Source: Candidatus Asgardarchaeum abyssi
GTDB lineage: Archaea; Asgardarchaeota; Asgardarchaeia; Asgardarchaeales; Asgardarchaeaceae
Direction: 5' to 3'
Assembly (NCBI GenBank): GCA_040225955.1
Contig: JBECUL010000025.1
Coordinates: forward strand, 1-32,135
DNA length: 32,135 nucleotides
The translations under genes and the position numbers were made by a program. The notes beneath the pieces were generated by a model, which saw only the letters and a program-made list of their open reading frames with translations, did not search any database and had not been told where the DNA came from. Position 1 is the stretch's first letter. Every line of letters begins with the position of its first letter. Shown here one piece after another: positions 19,701 through 28,968 of this stretch.

Positions 19701-21823
19701 ACTTTTTCAATCAAACACTTGCTGAGGGTAAATATGCTATATGGGTTTTCGCTAGGGACCTTGCGGACAATCTAAACCAGTGTGTCTTACTATTTGAGGT
19801 AGATATCACACCCCCCGATCTGTATATAACTTCTACACCAAAAAATCAGACCATTATGAGTAATCCGCAGGTTGAAATTAATTGGACTGTTTATGATAAA
19901 CATGGATGGAATATTACTATATTTCTAAATGATACTGCCTTGGGAGTATGGAGCACTAATGGGAGCATTACGATTAATTTGACTTATGGAGAAGGTATGT
20001 ATTTTATGAAACTTGTTGCACTCGATGAGGCGAATAACTCACGAGCTTCATTCCTTATATATGAGCTTGATAGAACCGCTCCAATACTTAATATCACATC
20101 ATTTCCAAACAATAATTCATTCACCAGCATCCAAGAACTACAAATTTTCTGGTTGACCGAGGATGAACATTTCTCCTCATTATCCATTTATAAAAACTCT
20201 ACGTTAGAGTACGTAAGTACTCAGTTATGTGGAAATTATACTTTAAAGCTAGATGTTGGATATTGGATCATTCTCATAAAAGCTGAGGATGCTGCTCACA
20301 ATATATGCATTATAAAATTAGTATTACATGTTATACATACTGAGTCCCGCATATTAATCGCATCCTCTATTAAAAACGGGAGTGTGACTAACCTTCCAGC
20401 AATCACGTTATCATGGTTTATTAACGATACCATCTTTAAAAATCTATCAATTTTCATGAACGGAAACTTAATTTTGCAATCACAAAATCGTACTGGATGT
20501 TTGACAATAGATTTAATCAGCGAGGGGAGAATCATAATTGAGTTGGTAGCTGTAAACTTACTAGATAATGTAAGTAAGAGCATTATAACTTTCGATAGGG
20601 ATATAACTCCTCCGACGCTTAATGTTACAACAACATTCTTTAATTCATCTATCATTAATGATACAAGCATAAGTATATTATGGAACTGCTCCGATAAGCA
20701 CAAATGGTATCTCTCTATCTATGTTAATAATACATTAGTCAATACATGGAGCTCCAATGAGAGCACTATTTTAAGCTTATTAAACGGTGATGGTATCTAT
20801 ATAATTAAAATCTCTGCATATGATGATGCTGGAAATACAAGAAAGTATATTTACCTTATCACAGTCGATACTAAACCACCTACAATGTACATCGAAACAT
20901 CCTTAGGTAATAACACTTATATCAATACACCCATAGCTAACATTAGCTGGAATGCCTATGACGAACATTTCAGTTACATTATAATCCTTCTAAATGATAG
21001 TTTGATCATTTCAGCTAATAACATGACAGGAAGTCATTTGGTTAAAATACCAAACGATGGCACTTGGATTGTAAGCATAGTAGGTTATGACCTAGCGGGA
21101 AATGTAATTGAAAAAAGAATAGTACTATTTATAGATACTGTCTCACCTTCTATCAAGATTTTGTCACCAGAAAATCTGTATCTTAACTATACAACATTTT
21201 CCATATCTTGGATTTCTTCTGATGATTGGAGTGGAATAGATCACTATGAAATAAGAGTAGGCTATAATAATAACTGGTCGTACATAGGCCTTGAAAGTAG
21301 CTATGTGTTTTACAATTTATCAGAAGGAGAACACACAATTTTCGTTAGGTGTTTTGATAAAGCGGGCAATACGAATATGACGAATGTTACCATTGTGATA
21401 GATCTTATACCGCCTTCAATAGAGATGTTATCACCTGCAAATAACACTATAATTAATTCGAGAGACAATATCAACATCCTATGGAAAGTGAATGATAATT
21501 TCGAAATTGACAAAATTACAATTACCGTTAATAACTCTAAACTCGATGACTTCTTCACTAAAAGTGGCTCCTATAATCTTACACTCATAGAGTCAGGAAT
21601 ATACATTATTAAAATTGTTGCAATGGATAAAGCTGGAAACTCTGCTGAGGCATGCTCAATAGTACACGTAATCGATATTAATACCACTCAAGAACCAATG
21701 GAACTTTATAAGTCTTATATCATTATTACAACTTCCCTCGCTAGCATAATTTCAATAACCGCTATAGTTGTATACATTAAAAAGCGGAAAAGAAATATAG
21801 AAAAATTAGTTTTATTCCAGTAG
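16781..21823 (+). CDS. Giant cell-surface glycoprotein: NosD/pectin-lyase-like beta-helix, about 10 Ig-like repeats, C-terminal TM anchor
   Basis: Signal peptide, xIxxNxI beta-helix repeats and GNFWDDYIGYDENNDGIGD. Roughly 88-aa repeats begin D-x-T-x-P and contain DxAGN. Tail IISITAIVVYIKKRKR. Confidence 0.92.
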   Translation: MTLFLIKENTEAIILRYSKLLIFLLLSSVILYFGLSEKYFAVDNLNIQNFNSATTNNINTTNKKFVSEEAHVTYSSKSNNVLLNKEFIKQNYNITIFSTINSIGATSLTSDDIIITEPTIIANQNMTISGNLIVLNSLSIINSTLCFNSTSTTLLFFKIESYVVIENSDIFVSNGNYELVIDENAERVEITDSNLYGFLAIVISSSGENVLLNGSNIHNLNSGVTIYNAENVTLEGNHISSNMHGVLIQNSSYVTLTSNIIEMNTLYGLKSINSYNISVRSNVIRENQIGSYFIYSENITFSGNYISENTERGGVFENSTNLVIKDNIFENNEIFGLNIYNNSDVLVAENTFIKDQIWVMGSYEALLSKTAIENNFLNGKKIIFHVGIDNISIEKQEIGQLIIAYCNNFVLKEVNCSAIQLYKASNISIVDSSFGNSDSAIVIWYSELVEIENSNITVSDLGGIRLFRSKNITVNEGVINNCGIGIFIAETSDVVVSSATIESNIYFDILLLSASNVWIINNEIKVSFEGVSIIDLLGSSYFENISISNNLIEGDATNNALFGIKVLLNEEGSSIKNMVAKNNRMDNISHGTAVMPTKGIALNMTIYNNTISYSSSYGILLKGNIRNVNITMNNVSESYRGIYMERINGSVVVRNVLHNNVYGIIVNESYDNLIYENCFLNNSIQAYNIGNNFWDNGSYGNFWDDYIGYDENNDGIGDVQYSISENGTDNFPLIYCFILNDKSPPMIFLTASIMNNSIVSEDVIIITWNIVDKYFKKVDISLNNSLMFTSKNPNESLLLPLSSEGQWTIKVVATDISNNTSCKIWVIYCDFTDPIINIITSIKNNTPTNERNVTLKWNIQDRYFGALDVFMNGTLIFSSDNITGSHNLILSDGTWNVTVYVKDKARNSKTTTFIFVIDTKPPTICISSTIKNMSLLKEPNFLINWYVIDLYPANVSFFLNDTKIFSTSALCGSYFFNQTLAEGKYAIWVFARDLADNLNQCVLLFEVDITPPDLYITSTPKNQTIMSNPQVEINWTVYDKHGWNITIFLNDTALGVWSTNGSITINLTYGEGMYFMKLVALDEANNSRASFLIYELDRTAPILNITSFPNNNSFTSIQELQIFWLTEDEHFSSLSIYKNSTLEYVSTQLCGNYTLKLDVGYWIILIKAEDAAHNICIIKLVLHVIHTESRILIASSIKNGSVTNLPAITLSWFINDTIFKNLSIFMNGNLILQSQNRTGCLTIDLISEGRIIIELVAVNLLDNVSKSIITFDRDITPPTLNVTTTFFNSSIINDTSISILWNCSDKHKWYLSIYVNNTLVNTWSSNESTILSLLNGDGIYIIKISAYDDAGNTRKYIYLITVDTKPPTMYIETSLGNNTYINTPIANISWNAYDEHFSYIIILLNDSLIISANNMTGSHLVKIPNDGTWIVSIVGYDLAGNVIEKRIVLFIDTVSPSIKILSPENLYLNYTTFSISWISSDDWSGIDHYEIRVGYNNNWSYIGLESSYVFYNLSEGEHTIFVRCFDKAGNTNMTNVTIVIDLIPPSIEMLSPANNTIINSRDNINILWKVNDNFEIDKITITVNNSKLDDFFTKSGSYNLTLIESGIYIIKIVAMDKAGNSAEACSIVHVIDINTTQEPMELYKSYIIITTSLASIISITAIVVYIKKRKRNIEKLVLFQ

Positions 21824-21965
21824 CACACTTTTAGAGAAAGCAAGAGTTTAATTGAAACATCCAACTAATATTTTATTATTTCTTTTGTAGAAGATGTAGA
21901 AGAGTATTGAGCAAATAGCAATTGTGATTCGGAAATGGCTAGTAAGAAAATAATTGACATCTTTA

Positions 21966-22758
21966 ATGAAAAGGAATGTTATAGGAAAGCTTAGAGATCT
22001 ATTGATGAAAAACTTAGATGATCTACCGTTAAACTGATTTGTATTTAACGCATCCCGTTTTAAAATCAAAAATTTATGGTAGTGACTTTAAACCTATAAT
22101 TCTAGAATTTTTAGGAAGACATGATATCGGCGATATCTGTAAGTTGGTAAATTCAGCAGCTCTAACAGTTATCACTTATATCATTGCGGATAAAAGACCT
22201 AAAATTATAGATAGGATCTTGGACTGGATAAAAAAACAAAGGTTGTATGACAATGGATGGCATTGGTTGCCTAAGAAAGAGACTCCTGAGAAAAGTGAAT
22301 CATGAAGTACAGCCCTAGTGTTTGCAACATTTAAAATCGCCCGAGTTGATATGAACTTTGACTCAATTGTAAAGTTCTTAGATAGAAATTGGAAACTAAA
22401 TAGGTGGGGCGGATTTCCTGAGGTAACCTTGATTTATCTAAGTTATGCTGGTTACAATAAACATGATTGGCTTGTTCAAGAACCAGTGGAGTATCTGCTA
22501 GAAACTCAACTTCAAAATGGAGCATAGGCTGGTTATTCATCAAAGACTGCTAAGGGTGGCATCTTTAGAACGTGTATAGTCTTAAATGCTCTCACATCTT
22601 TAGGTTTCACAATCGATGATGATGTTGTCTCAAAGGGACTAAAATTTATTGAAAGTAAGATACAAAGGATATTAAATGCAAAATGGGGCAGAGTGCTGTT
22701 ACAAGCATTAGGTGGGTTGGCTAGTGCATTGCTTAGCTTGGGTCTGGAGGATGTTTAA
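21966..22758 (+). pseudogene. Prenyltransferase/squalene-cyclase-repeat (alpha-alpha barrel) protein, disrupted
   Basis: QW-type repeats WIKKQRLYDNGW and YLLETQLQNGA*. One frameshift near 22032, in-frame TGA (22303-22305) and TAG (22525-22527). The frame continues to TAA at 22758. Confidence 0.8.
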
Positions 22759-22919
22759 GATATTATATTGTCAATTTAAGGTCAATAACAGAAAGTTAAA
22801 AGTATATAATTTTGCACGTTCGAAAAAAGAATAAGATATTTTAGTTAAAAATCCGTAATTTTCATATTAGAACTATAAAGGCAAGAAATATTCTCTTTAT
22901 AGAATACGTCAAAAGTACC

Positions 22920-24023
22920 ATGAGGCATGAAAATATGCATGCTGAATCGGGACGAAATGTTAAGAATATATTAAAATGGTGCATAGCCGTTGCATTCACG
23001 TTTTATTTTTTAATCCAACTTGTATTGGGGTACGAAGTAACTCTCATTGTAGCACTTATCGGTGGAATTGGTGGTCTATTTCTAGCACTTGCGGCATCAG
23101 AGGAGGCTATAAAAAGTGTTGAAGCGCTAGGCAAGAAAACTGGAATCTCTAATTATGTCGTTGGGGTTGTTTCAAGTCTTGCATCAAACTTACCGGAGAT
23201 AGTTGTAGCAGTTATTGCAGCTCTAAAAGGTTTTACAGAGTTTGCGGTACTAGTAGCTGTAATTACAGCCGGATTTAATACACTATTATTAGGTATTGTA
23301 ATAGTAATAGGAAATGTTAGAGGTCGTAGCATAAAGGTTCCTGATGAATTAATTTTCATTGAAACTCCAGTTATGAGAAGTACTATAGCTATGCTTGCGC
23401 TCGTGGTATGTTTTGGAATATTATCAGATTTATTTTCTCAAGGTCAAGTTTTTGACATTCCTCATGAGGTATCATTTTTGCTGGTATTAACATATATGGC
23501 ATATTTATTCTTCATATTCAAGTACAAGAGAGCCTTAGATGTAGCTCACGAAGAGGTTTCAATCAAAGATATAATAATACCCGCAATAATTGGTTTCGGT
23601 GGCATCTTTATAGCTGGTGAATCACTATCACGTGTGGTAGAAATTTCTGTAGAGATCTTTGGGCTTTCTGAAGCTTTCTTAGCACTATTAATCGGTTTAG
23701 CAGGATCGGTTCCTGAGCACATAATAGCTGTTGTTTCCGCAACGAAGAGAGAAGTGGGGAGAATTCATTTAGGCTTGGGAAATCTCTTAGCTGGAGTTAT
23801 GCAGTCATATCTTCTCCTTATAGGGATCATTGGAACCTTGGTAAGTATAGTCTTGGACGAGTTCATACTCTTTGAATTAGTTGCAGGTGCACTATTAATT
23901 TGGATTATGAAAACCAGTATCACGGATGATAAGGAATTGAGCATATATGAGGGCATGATGATAATAATCACGCAAATCTTTGCATTCATGATACTAATTG
24001 AAACGATTTTAATTGCTGCATGA
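22920..24023 (+). CDS. Cation/Ca2+ antiporter (CaCA, Na_Ca_ex family)
   Basis: Alpha-repeats SLASNLPE and LAGSVPEH, GFNTLL/LGNLL, about 11 TM helices. Confidence 0.9.
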   Translation: MRHENMHAESGRNVKNILKWCIAVAFTFYFLIQLVLGYEVTLIVALIGGIGGLFLALAASEEAIKSVEALGKKTGISNYVVGVVSSLASNLPEIVVAVIAALKGFTEFAVLVAVITAGFNTLLLGIVIVIGNVRGRSIKVPDELIFIETPVMRSTIAMLALVVCFGILSDLFSQGQVFDIPHEVSFLLVLTYMAYLFFIFKYKRALDVAHEEVSIKDIIIPAIIGFGGIFIAGESLSRVVEISVEIFGLSEAFLALLIGLAGSVPEHIIAVVSATKREVGRIHLGLGNLLAGVMQSYLLLIGIIGTLVSIVLDEFILFELVAGALLIWIMKTSITDDKELSIYEGMMIIITQIFAFMILIETILIAA

Positions 24024-24054
24024 GAAAAATAAAGATGTGCTAGTTCATATTTCA

Positions 24055-24498
24055 TTACTTAGGATCTCTAATGGCATCAAAAAAGCATTTTGATGAGGGA
24101 CATTTTTCTTTTAACTCTTCTAAATCAAGTTGAGCTGCTAATTGGCTTACAGTTCTACGATAGCCTTTAATATATTTTCTTCCTAAACATTCGCTGAGTC
24201 TCTTTTCTGGATAATCTTCATTTTCTGGATTTTTTGAACAAGTTGGAATAGCTGTTAGAAGCCAAGATTCTATTTTTCTATTAATTATACAGAAAAATAC
24301 CCTTTCTTGCATGTTTTCATTACTTAGCTTTCTTAAAATACCTTTAAACTTGTTTTGCAAGATTTTTGGGCTATCGTTATTTCTATCAACTAGTATAATG
24401 ACTTTATTACACTTATAATCCAAAAGTAAAGAGTGTACATAAATAGCGGTTTTTCTAACATTAAAAATATTATTTTTCCCATGTGAACAGATTATTTC
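24055..24498 (-). pseudogene. C-terminal 147 codons of an interrupted DUF4276/TOPRIM-like gene
   Basis: EIICSHGKNNIFN...VIILVDRNND...IESWLL...PE...KCPSSKCF, in frame with the N-terminal piece at 27608 once the insert is removed. Confidence 0.85.
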
Positions 24499-24776
24499 AA
24501 GAGAGGGATTAGTGACACATAACGATGGTGAATAATATAATGTTTGTAGTATAAAAAGTCTATTATTTTTGTTCTCGCAATAAAGTTTGTTATAATATAT
24601 ATGTATATGTGCGTGTTGTGAGAAGATAATTTTTTAACGCTCTATTCGAAATTAAAAAACATGTTTGTCATAGAGTTTTCGTTATGTGAAGGATGTAATA
24701 TAAATTAAGAATAATTTTTTGACATTTAATCGAATGCCAAAACACCATTACCTTCTCCTAACTCCTTTTTTGTCGT

Positions 24777-25211
24777 ATTGAGGATATTAGACAAGTTGGT
24801 GATGACTCACTTATAACCTTTAGAGATGGCGACGTTAATTCAGTCTCTATACAATTAATGAGTGATTGTCTTATTAACTTGGTACGTTTATCACTACTAA
24901 TAGTGCTTACAAATAACGACATTTTATTGCTCGAAGAACTAGAAATTGCTTTACATCCTAATTATAAAGGAATTGATATTCTGGCCGATTTGATTCTGAC
25001 ATTTTCAAACAGTGTACATTTTTTATATCCACATATAGTACAGAACTAATCCAAGCTATACTTGAGAAGGGTAAAGAGAGATAAACTTAATAAAATTAAT
25101 ATAATATAATCGATCTCTTTAAACATGAAGATTTGGTTAATCTTGAAATTCTCTCTGGAGATGATGTTCTAGAGGAAAGATGAAATATAAACAGATCTTA
25201 GAGGATGCTAG
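24777..25211 (+). pseudogene. C-terminal remnant of a second ABC/AAA_21 ATPase
   Basis: QLMSDC (signature), ILLLEELEIALHP (Walker B/D-loop), frameshift, ISTYSTELI (H-loop position), ending TDLRGC*. Confidence 0.75.
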
Positions 25212-25565
25212 CATAATCTATTAGCTCTTTGCGAAGTAATCTGTATGGCAAGGACTTTCTAATTGCAAAACCATGCCTTTTACTTTCTGTGATTTTTTCT
25301 TTTTATGAATCCTTAATATGTTAGGTGCACTCAGCAGTAGAAGAAATATAGAGACTGCTGAGGAGACATTTATCGGATAGATTATTCACGGAAATCAATT
25401 CTGTTAAGCGTGAAATACTGAACTTTTTCGAGAGGAGGCAATACAAATTTGAGTTATGAATTGGACAATATTTTTCTGAATGACTATGATGATGCAGACG
25501 AGTCCCGCTACTTTTCCACTAACCTTTTTTCAAGTACCGAATTGAGAAAATCAGGAATCGTTTGC

Positions 25566-25868
25566 CTATGGGAAGAACAGTATATTGTAGTTCACGTACA
25601 GGTATACAGTAGCCATTGCATAGTATATCAACATGGCCAAGATCATCATGAGAAGACTTCTCCTGAGGTTTTTCTTTATCTTCGGCCAGAGAATGGGCAG
25701 AACAAATAGCACAGTAATGATAATGACATATAACGGAACAATAATATAAAGAAAGTAATACATGGGCGGCGCCGGCTCTCCCGGCGGTGGTGGTGCCGAT
25801 TCTACGGATAAGTACAACTCCATGCCAACAAAACGAATAATCGATGCGAATACACTATTAACAAACAT
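25566..25868 (-). CDS. Small membrane protein with a proline-rich segment and two TM helices
   Basis: SAPPPPGEPAPP then two hydrophobic helices. AGGTGA SD, 15 bp after the transglutaminase stop. Confidence 0.7.
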   Translation of the reverse strand: MFVNSVFASIIRFVGMELYLSVESAPPPPGEPAPPMYYFLYIIVPLYVIIITVLFVLPILWPKIKKNLRRSLLMMILAMLIYYAMATVYLYVNYNILFFP

Positions 25869-25883
25869 GATTCTTCACCTGTA

Positions 25884-27292
25884 TCACTCTCGCTCTTCAT
25901 TATAATAAGGATTTGTACTGTTATACGTGAAGTGATACTCAAAATCGTACCAGTAATGCAAGTACCCATCGCCGGTTACATCTCCATAAGTAACGTTCGT
26001 ATATAGTGCATCATCAGCACCTTGTAATACATTGACGCTAATAACTTCACCAAAGGCCCGATAATATGTTGGTATATCATATAATGGTCCCGTAGGATCT
26101 GCATGTATCCATCGCTCGCCATTCCAAATCTCCGCAAACTCATGCCCCATCAGAAGAAGGCCAAATAACTTGTATTTAATATAAATCTGTCTGGCAGGGA
26201 TATTCATTGCCCGTGCAAATGAGACGTATAGAACAGTATATTCGTCGCAGACGCCTTGATACAGACCATTTGTTATAGTTTCTAATATTTTTTCGTCGGA
26301 TAAAGTAAATTTACGATATAGTTGTGTGTCATTATAGTTAAAATGGGCTTTAATCCAAGAAGTTAAGGCCAACCCTAAATTATATACAACTGTAGATAAT
26401 GGAAAATTATTACTTTCATACGGATAGTCGCATGCTTCACCCGCTTTTTTGAGAATGCTCCACTTGTTAAAATGATAAAGGTCAGACAGCTCATAGTAAT
26501 TTTCAAAAGTGCTTACTAAATACTGCACGTTGCCAAACTCGCTTCTTTTAAACCTCTGCACAAAGTTAAATCCCATATCAAATGTTACGTCGAGCCCACC
26601 ACTTATATCTACAATAACTTTTTTCAGACCTACCATGGTTATCCAATCGGAACGTAAACGTATACGTATTTCACGCCATATGGTCTCAATGTGATTGTTG
26701 TAGTCTTTTGGGCATATGCCTCCCTTTTGCTATAAAAGTATCCGTAAGGTGGGGGTGCACTAAGATACTTGTCCCACACACTGCATGCGATTGTAACACT
26801 GAAAGTATAAGTAAATGGAAGATAGCTTTTGAATTTAACTTTAATCGTTATAGTGCTCCCTCTGGTCCAATATGCGGGGACTATAGGCTCTACTATAATG
26901 ATACCTGTGGTAGCTATTCTAATATTTTCAATGTTATCTGATCTTGTTTTAGGTGGTAGTTCTAAATACTCTATATACTTGTCGTAGATATTGATTTTGG
27001 CTCTGCTGATAATATGGTATTTAACACCATCAGAAAATATACTCTCTAACATCGATACTGGCACGCTACCATTCTCTTCTGGGGTTATGGTAACTCTTGG
27101 AGTTTGTAAATAAGCAGAAGGATATCTATTTGACGAGAACTGAGATAGCGGGGCTGAAATATTCGTTGCAGATATCGAGACCGAGCTCTCATTGCTGAAT
27201 ATTACCGAATCATGGGGCAATAATGTAACTATATACGAAAAAGTAGTTATCATCAATAATATTACTAGAGATACTAATCTTTTTCGACTCAT
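25884..27292 (-). pseudogene. Secreted transglutaminase-like (papain-fold Cys-His-Asp) protein split by a 1-bp frameshift near 26640 (possible sequencing error)
   Basis: Signal peptide MSRKRLVSLVILLMI at 27292. GGA TAA CC ATG becomes GGA ATA ACC ATG with one extra A. Triad GVCDEY, GHEFAE, ADPT. Confidence 0.8.
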
Positions 27293-27458
27293 ATTACCCC
27301 ACTCACAATTACTGCTACCCAAAATTAATTTATGTGGTATAGCATTAAAAAAAATTTGGAAGTTTTCCTCTAACACCGAGAAAAGCGAAATACCTTAGTT
27401 TCAACTGGAAAAGTATGATTATTGTTTTATGCCTAAAATTGGCCGAATTTTGATGATA

Positions 27459-27503
27459 GTTATGTGTCTCGTTTTGTGTCGTTATTTTGTGACATAATAA
27501 CGA
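27459..27503. repeat. Clustered direct repeats and a 25-bp palindrome at the right end of the insertion
   Basis: GTTATGTGTC-TC-GTTTTGTGTC, then TCGTTATTTTGTGACATAATAACGA (27479-27503). Confidence 0.75.
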
Positions 27504-27521
27504 ATTCTTCGCTAATTTTTC

Positions 27522-27608
27522 CTACTCAGGAATAATACCCATTTTCTTAAGAATTTTCTCAAACACACTTTTTTCTGTTGGACCTTCTACTATTAATCCT
27601 ATTTTCAT
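27522..27608 (-). pseudogene. N-terminal 28 codons of the interrupted DUF4276/TOPRIM-like gene
   Basis: MKIGLIVEGPTEKSVFEKILKKMGIIPE* contains the TOPRIM VEGxxE motif. ATGA overlap with the ATPase stop. Confidence 0.88.
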
Positions 27609-28711
27609 GGAACTCCACCGAAAACATTTGACATCCACTGTTCTCCAAGAGGAACGCCTTCCTCTAAAAGACGTTTGACAGCATTTAATTCTTCTTTTTT
27701 CCGAATTCTTCTGAAAATACTTTGACCGTTCTGCTTTTCTATAACGATTATATCATCCACTGATACATGATTGAGAAGTGCTGGTGAGTGTGTTGTCAAA
27801 ATAATTTGTTTATCGGAGCTCTTCAATAGGTTTATTAATAATTCTAATAACCATGGATGGATTGAAACCTCCGGTTCCTCAAAAGCAAGAACATATGAAT
27901 CAGTATGCAATGCAGTGATATATGCAAGTAACCTAAATGTACCATCAGATATCTGATGATATGAGAAATTTACATCAAACCCTTTTTCTCTAATGCCTAT
28001 ACTTACTTCATTTTCCTTCTCAATTGGCGTTAATAGCTCTTCAACCTCTGGAATTGCCTCTTTTAGGGTACTTTCAATTTCGTCAAATACTTTTCTTCTT
28101 TCAGTTAATAATGTGTGTAGTACTTGTGCTAAATTTGAACCATCTTCAGAAAGTATGTATTGTTTCCTAATTCCGCATGTTGAACGCATGGCTTTTGGTG
28201 AAAAATTAAAAGTATTGATTGATGTAATAAAATCGCTTGCAAGCCTTATATTAATATCGTTCATTTCATATCTTAAAATTTGTTTACCCAAAGGCAAGCC
28301 GCTTATACTATCCTTTTTTCCCTTTATCATCACAGAATATCTATCCTCATCCGTTTTAACTTCGAAAATAGGTGTGCCATCAACAATGAGTTTTTCAAAG
28401 TCAAGAATTGTGGAGTCCCTAAATTTCTTAATTCTAAAGGTATATGAATAATAATGATTATTTAAACTAAAATCGATTGCAATTTCAATGGGTTGTTGAT
28501 TGCAAGCAAATGTTACCGCACTAAACCCTCCCAACTTAGTTAAAAACTCATCAAAAAACTCTTTAGAACTAATAAATTTTAATAGCTCTATGAAGTTGCT
28601 CTTCCCACTTGCGTTAGGTCCAATTATTACATTAAATTTACCAAGTTCAACTTCCATTTCTTTAAAACTCTTGTAGTTTTTAACATGTAATCTTTTGATC
28701 ATTATTAACAC
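27605..28711 (-). CDS. ABC-type AAA_21/AAA_15 ATPase (COG4637-like), likely start ATG 28702
   Basis: KNYKSF, GPNASGKSN Walker A, ISDGT signature, LAFEEPEVSIHP Walker B, TTHSP. Confidence 0.95.
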   Translation of the reverse strand: MLIMIKRLHVKNYKSFKEMEVELGKFNVIIGPNASGKSNFIELLKFISSKEFFDEFLTKLGGFSAVTFACNQQPIEIAIDFSLNNHYYSYTFRIKKFRDSTILDFEKLIVDGTPIFEVKTDEDRYSVMIKGKKDSISGLPLGKQILRYEMNDINIRLASDFITSINTFNFSPKAMRSTCGIRKQYILSEDGSNLAQVLHTLLTERRKVFDEIESTLKEAIPEVEELLTPIEKENEVSIGIREKGFDVNFSYHQISDGTFRLLAYITALHTDSYVLAFEEPEVSIHPWLLELLINLLKSSDKQIILTTHSPALLNHVSVDDIIVIEKQNGQSIFRRIRKKEELNAVKRLLEEGVPLGEQWMSNVFGGVP

Positions 28712-28968
28712 CTAATTATAATACCTTGCTTTCTTATATTATATGTTTTTGCTATATTTTGATTTACATATCATAAAAACTTATTAATTCCATAATTTCT
28801 CAAAAAAAGAACTATAAATCTGTAAAAACAAAAATAAACAGTTTTAAACATTTAAACTTGAAAATTGTCGATGTATTTTCTTATTCTCTAAAAAGGAAAA
28901 ATAATTTTTGGAAAGCAAATAAAAGAACTCTTTCTAAACATATCTTAGAAAAATTTTGGGTGATAGAA

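Larger units (their letters stand above)
24500..27528. mobile_element. ~3.03-kb non-autonomous cargo-carrying insertion
   Basis: Splits an ORF. TCA direct repeat at 24497-24499 and 27526-27528. GACACATAAC (24514-24523) is inverted relative to GTTATGTGTC (27459-27468). No recombinase inside. Confidence 0.75.

Noticed and set aside
17053-21558. Numerous minus-strand ORFs within the giant surface protein
   Set aside because: Antisense shadows caused by codon bias.
21966-22758. Stop-codon reassignment, selenocysteine or pyrrolysine readthrough
   Set aside because: TGA and TAG terminate intact genes elsewhere in the window, and this gene also has a frameshift.
25449-25709. 86-aa plus-strand ORF
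   Set aside because: Overlaps the better-supported minus-strand membrane protein and has no recognisable features.
25766-25800. GC-rich hairpin-like patch (GCCGG-CTCTC-CCGGC) as a possible RNA element
   Set aside because: Explained by the Pro/Ala/Gly codons of SAPPPPGEPAPP on the minus strand.
27293-27376. Extended N-terminus of the 245-aa ORF
   Set aside because: The signal peptide and a G-rich SD-like sequence support ATG 27292.
27459-27503. CRISPR repeat or mini-array
   Set aside because: Only short 10-12 bp units without spacers, and no cas genes.
28858-28968. Extended N-terminus of the 390-aa ORF
   Set aside because: A GGTGA SD and signal peptide support ATG 28969.
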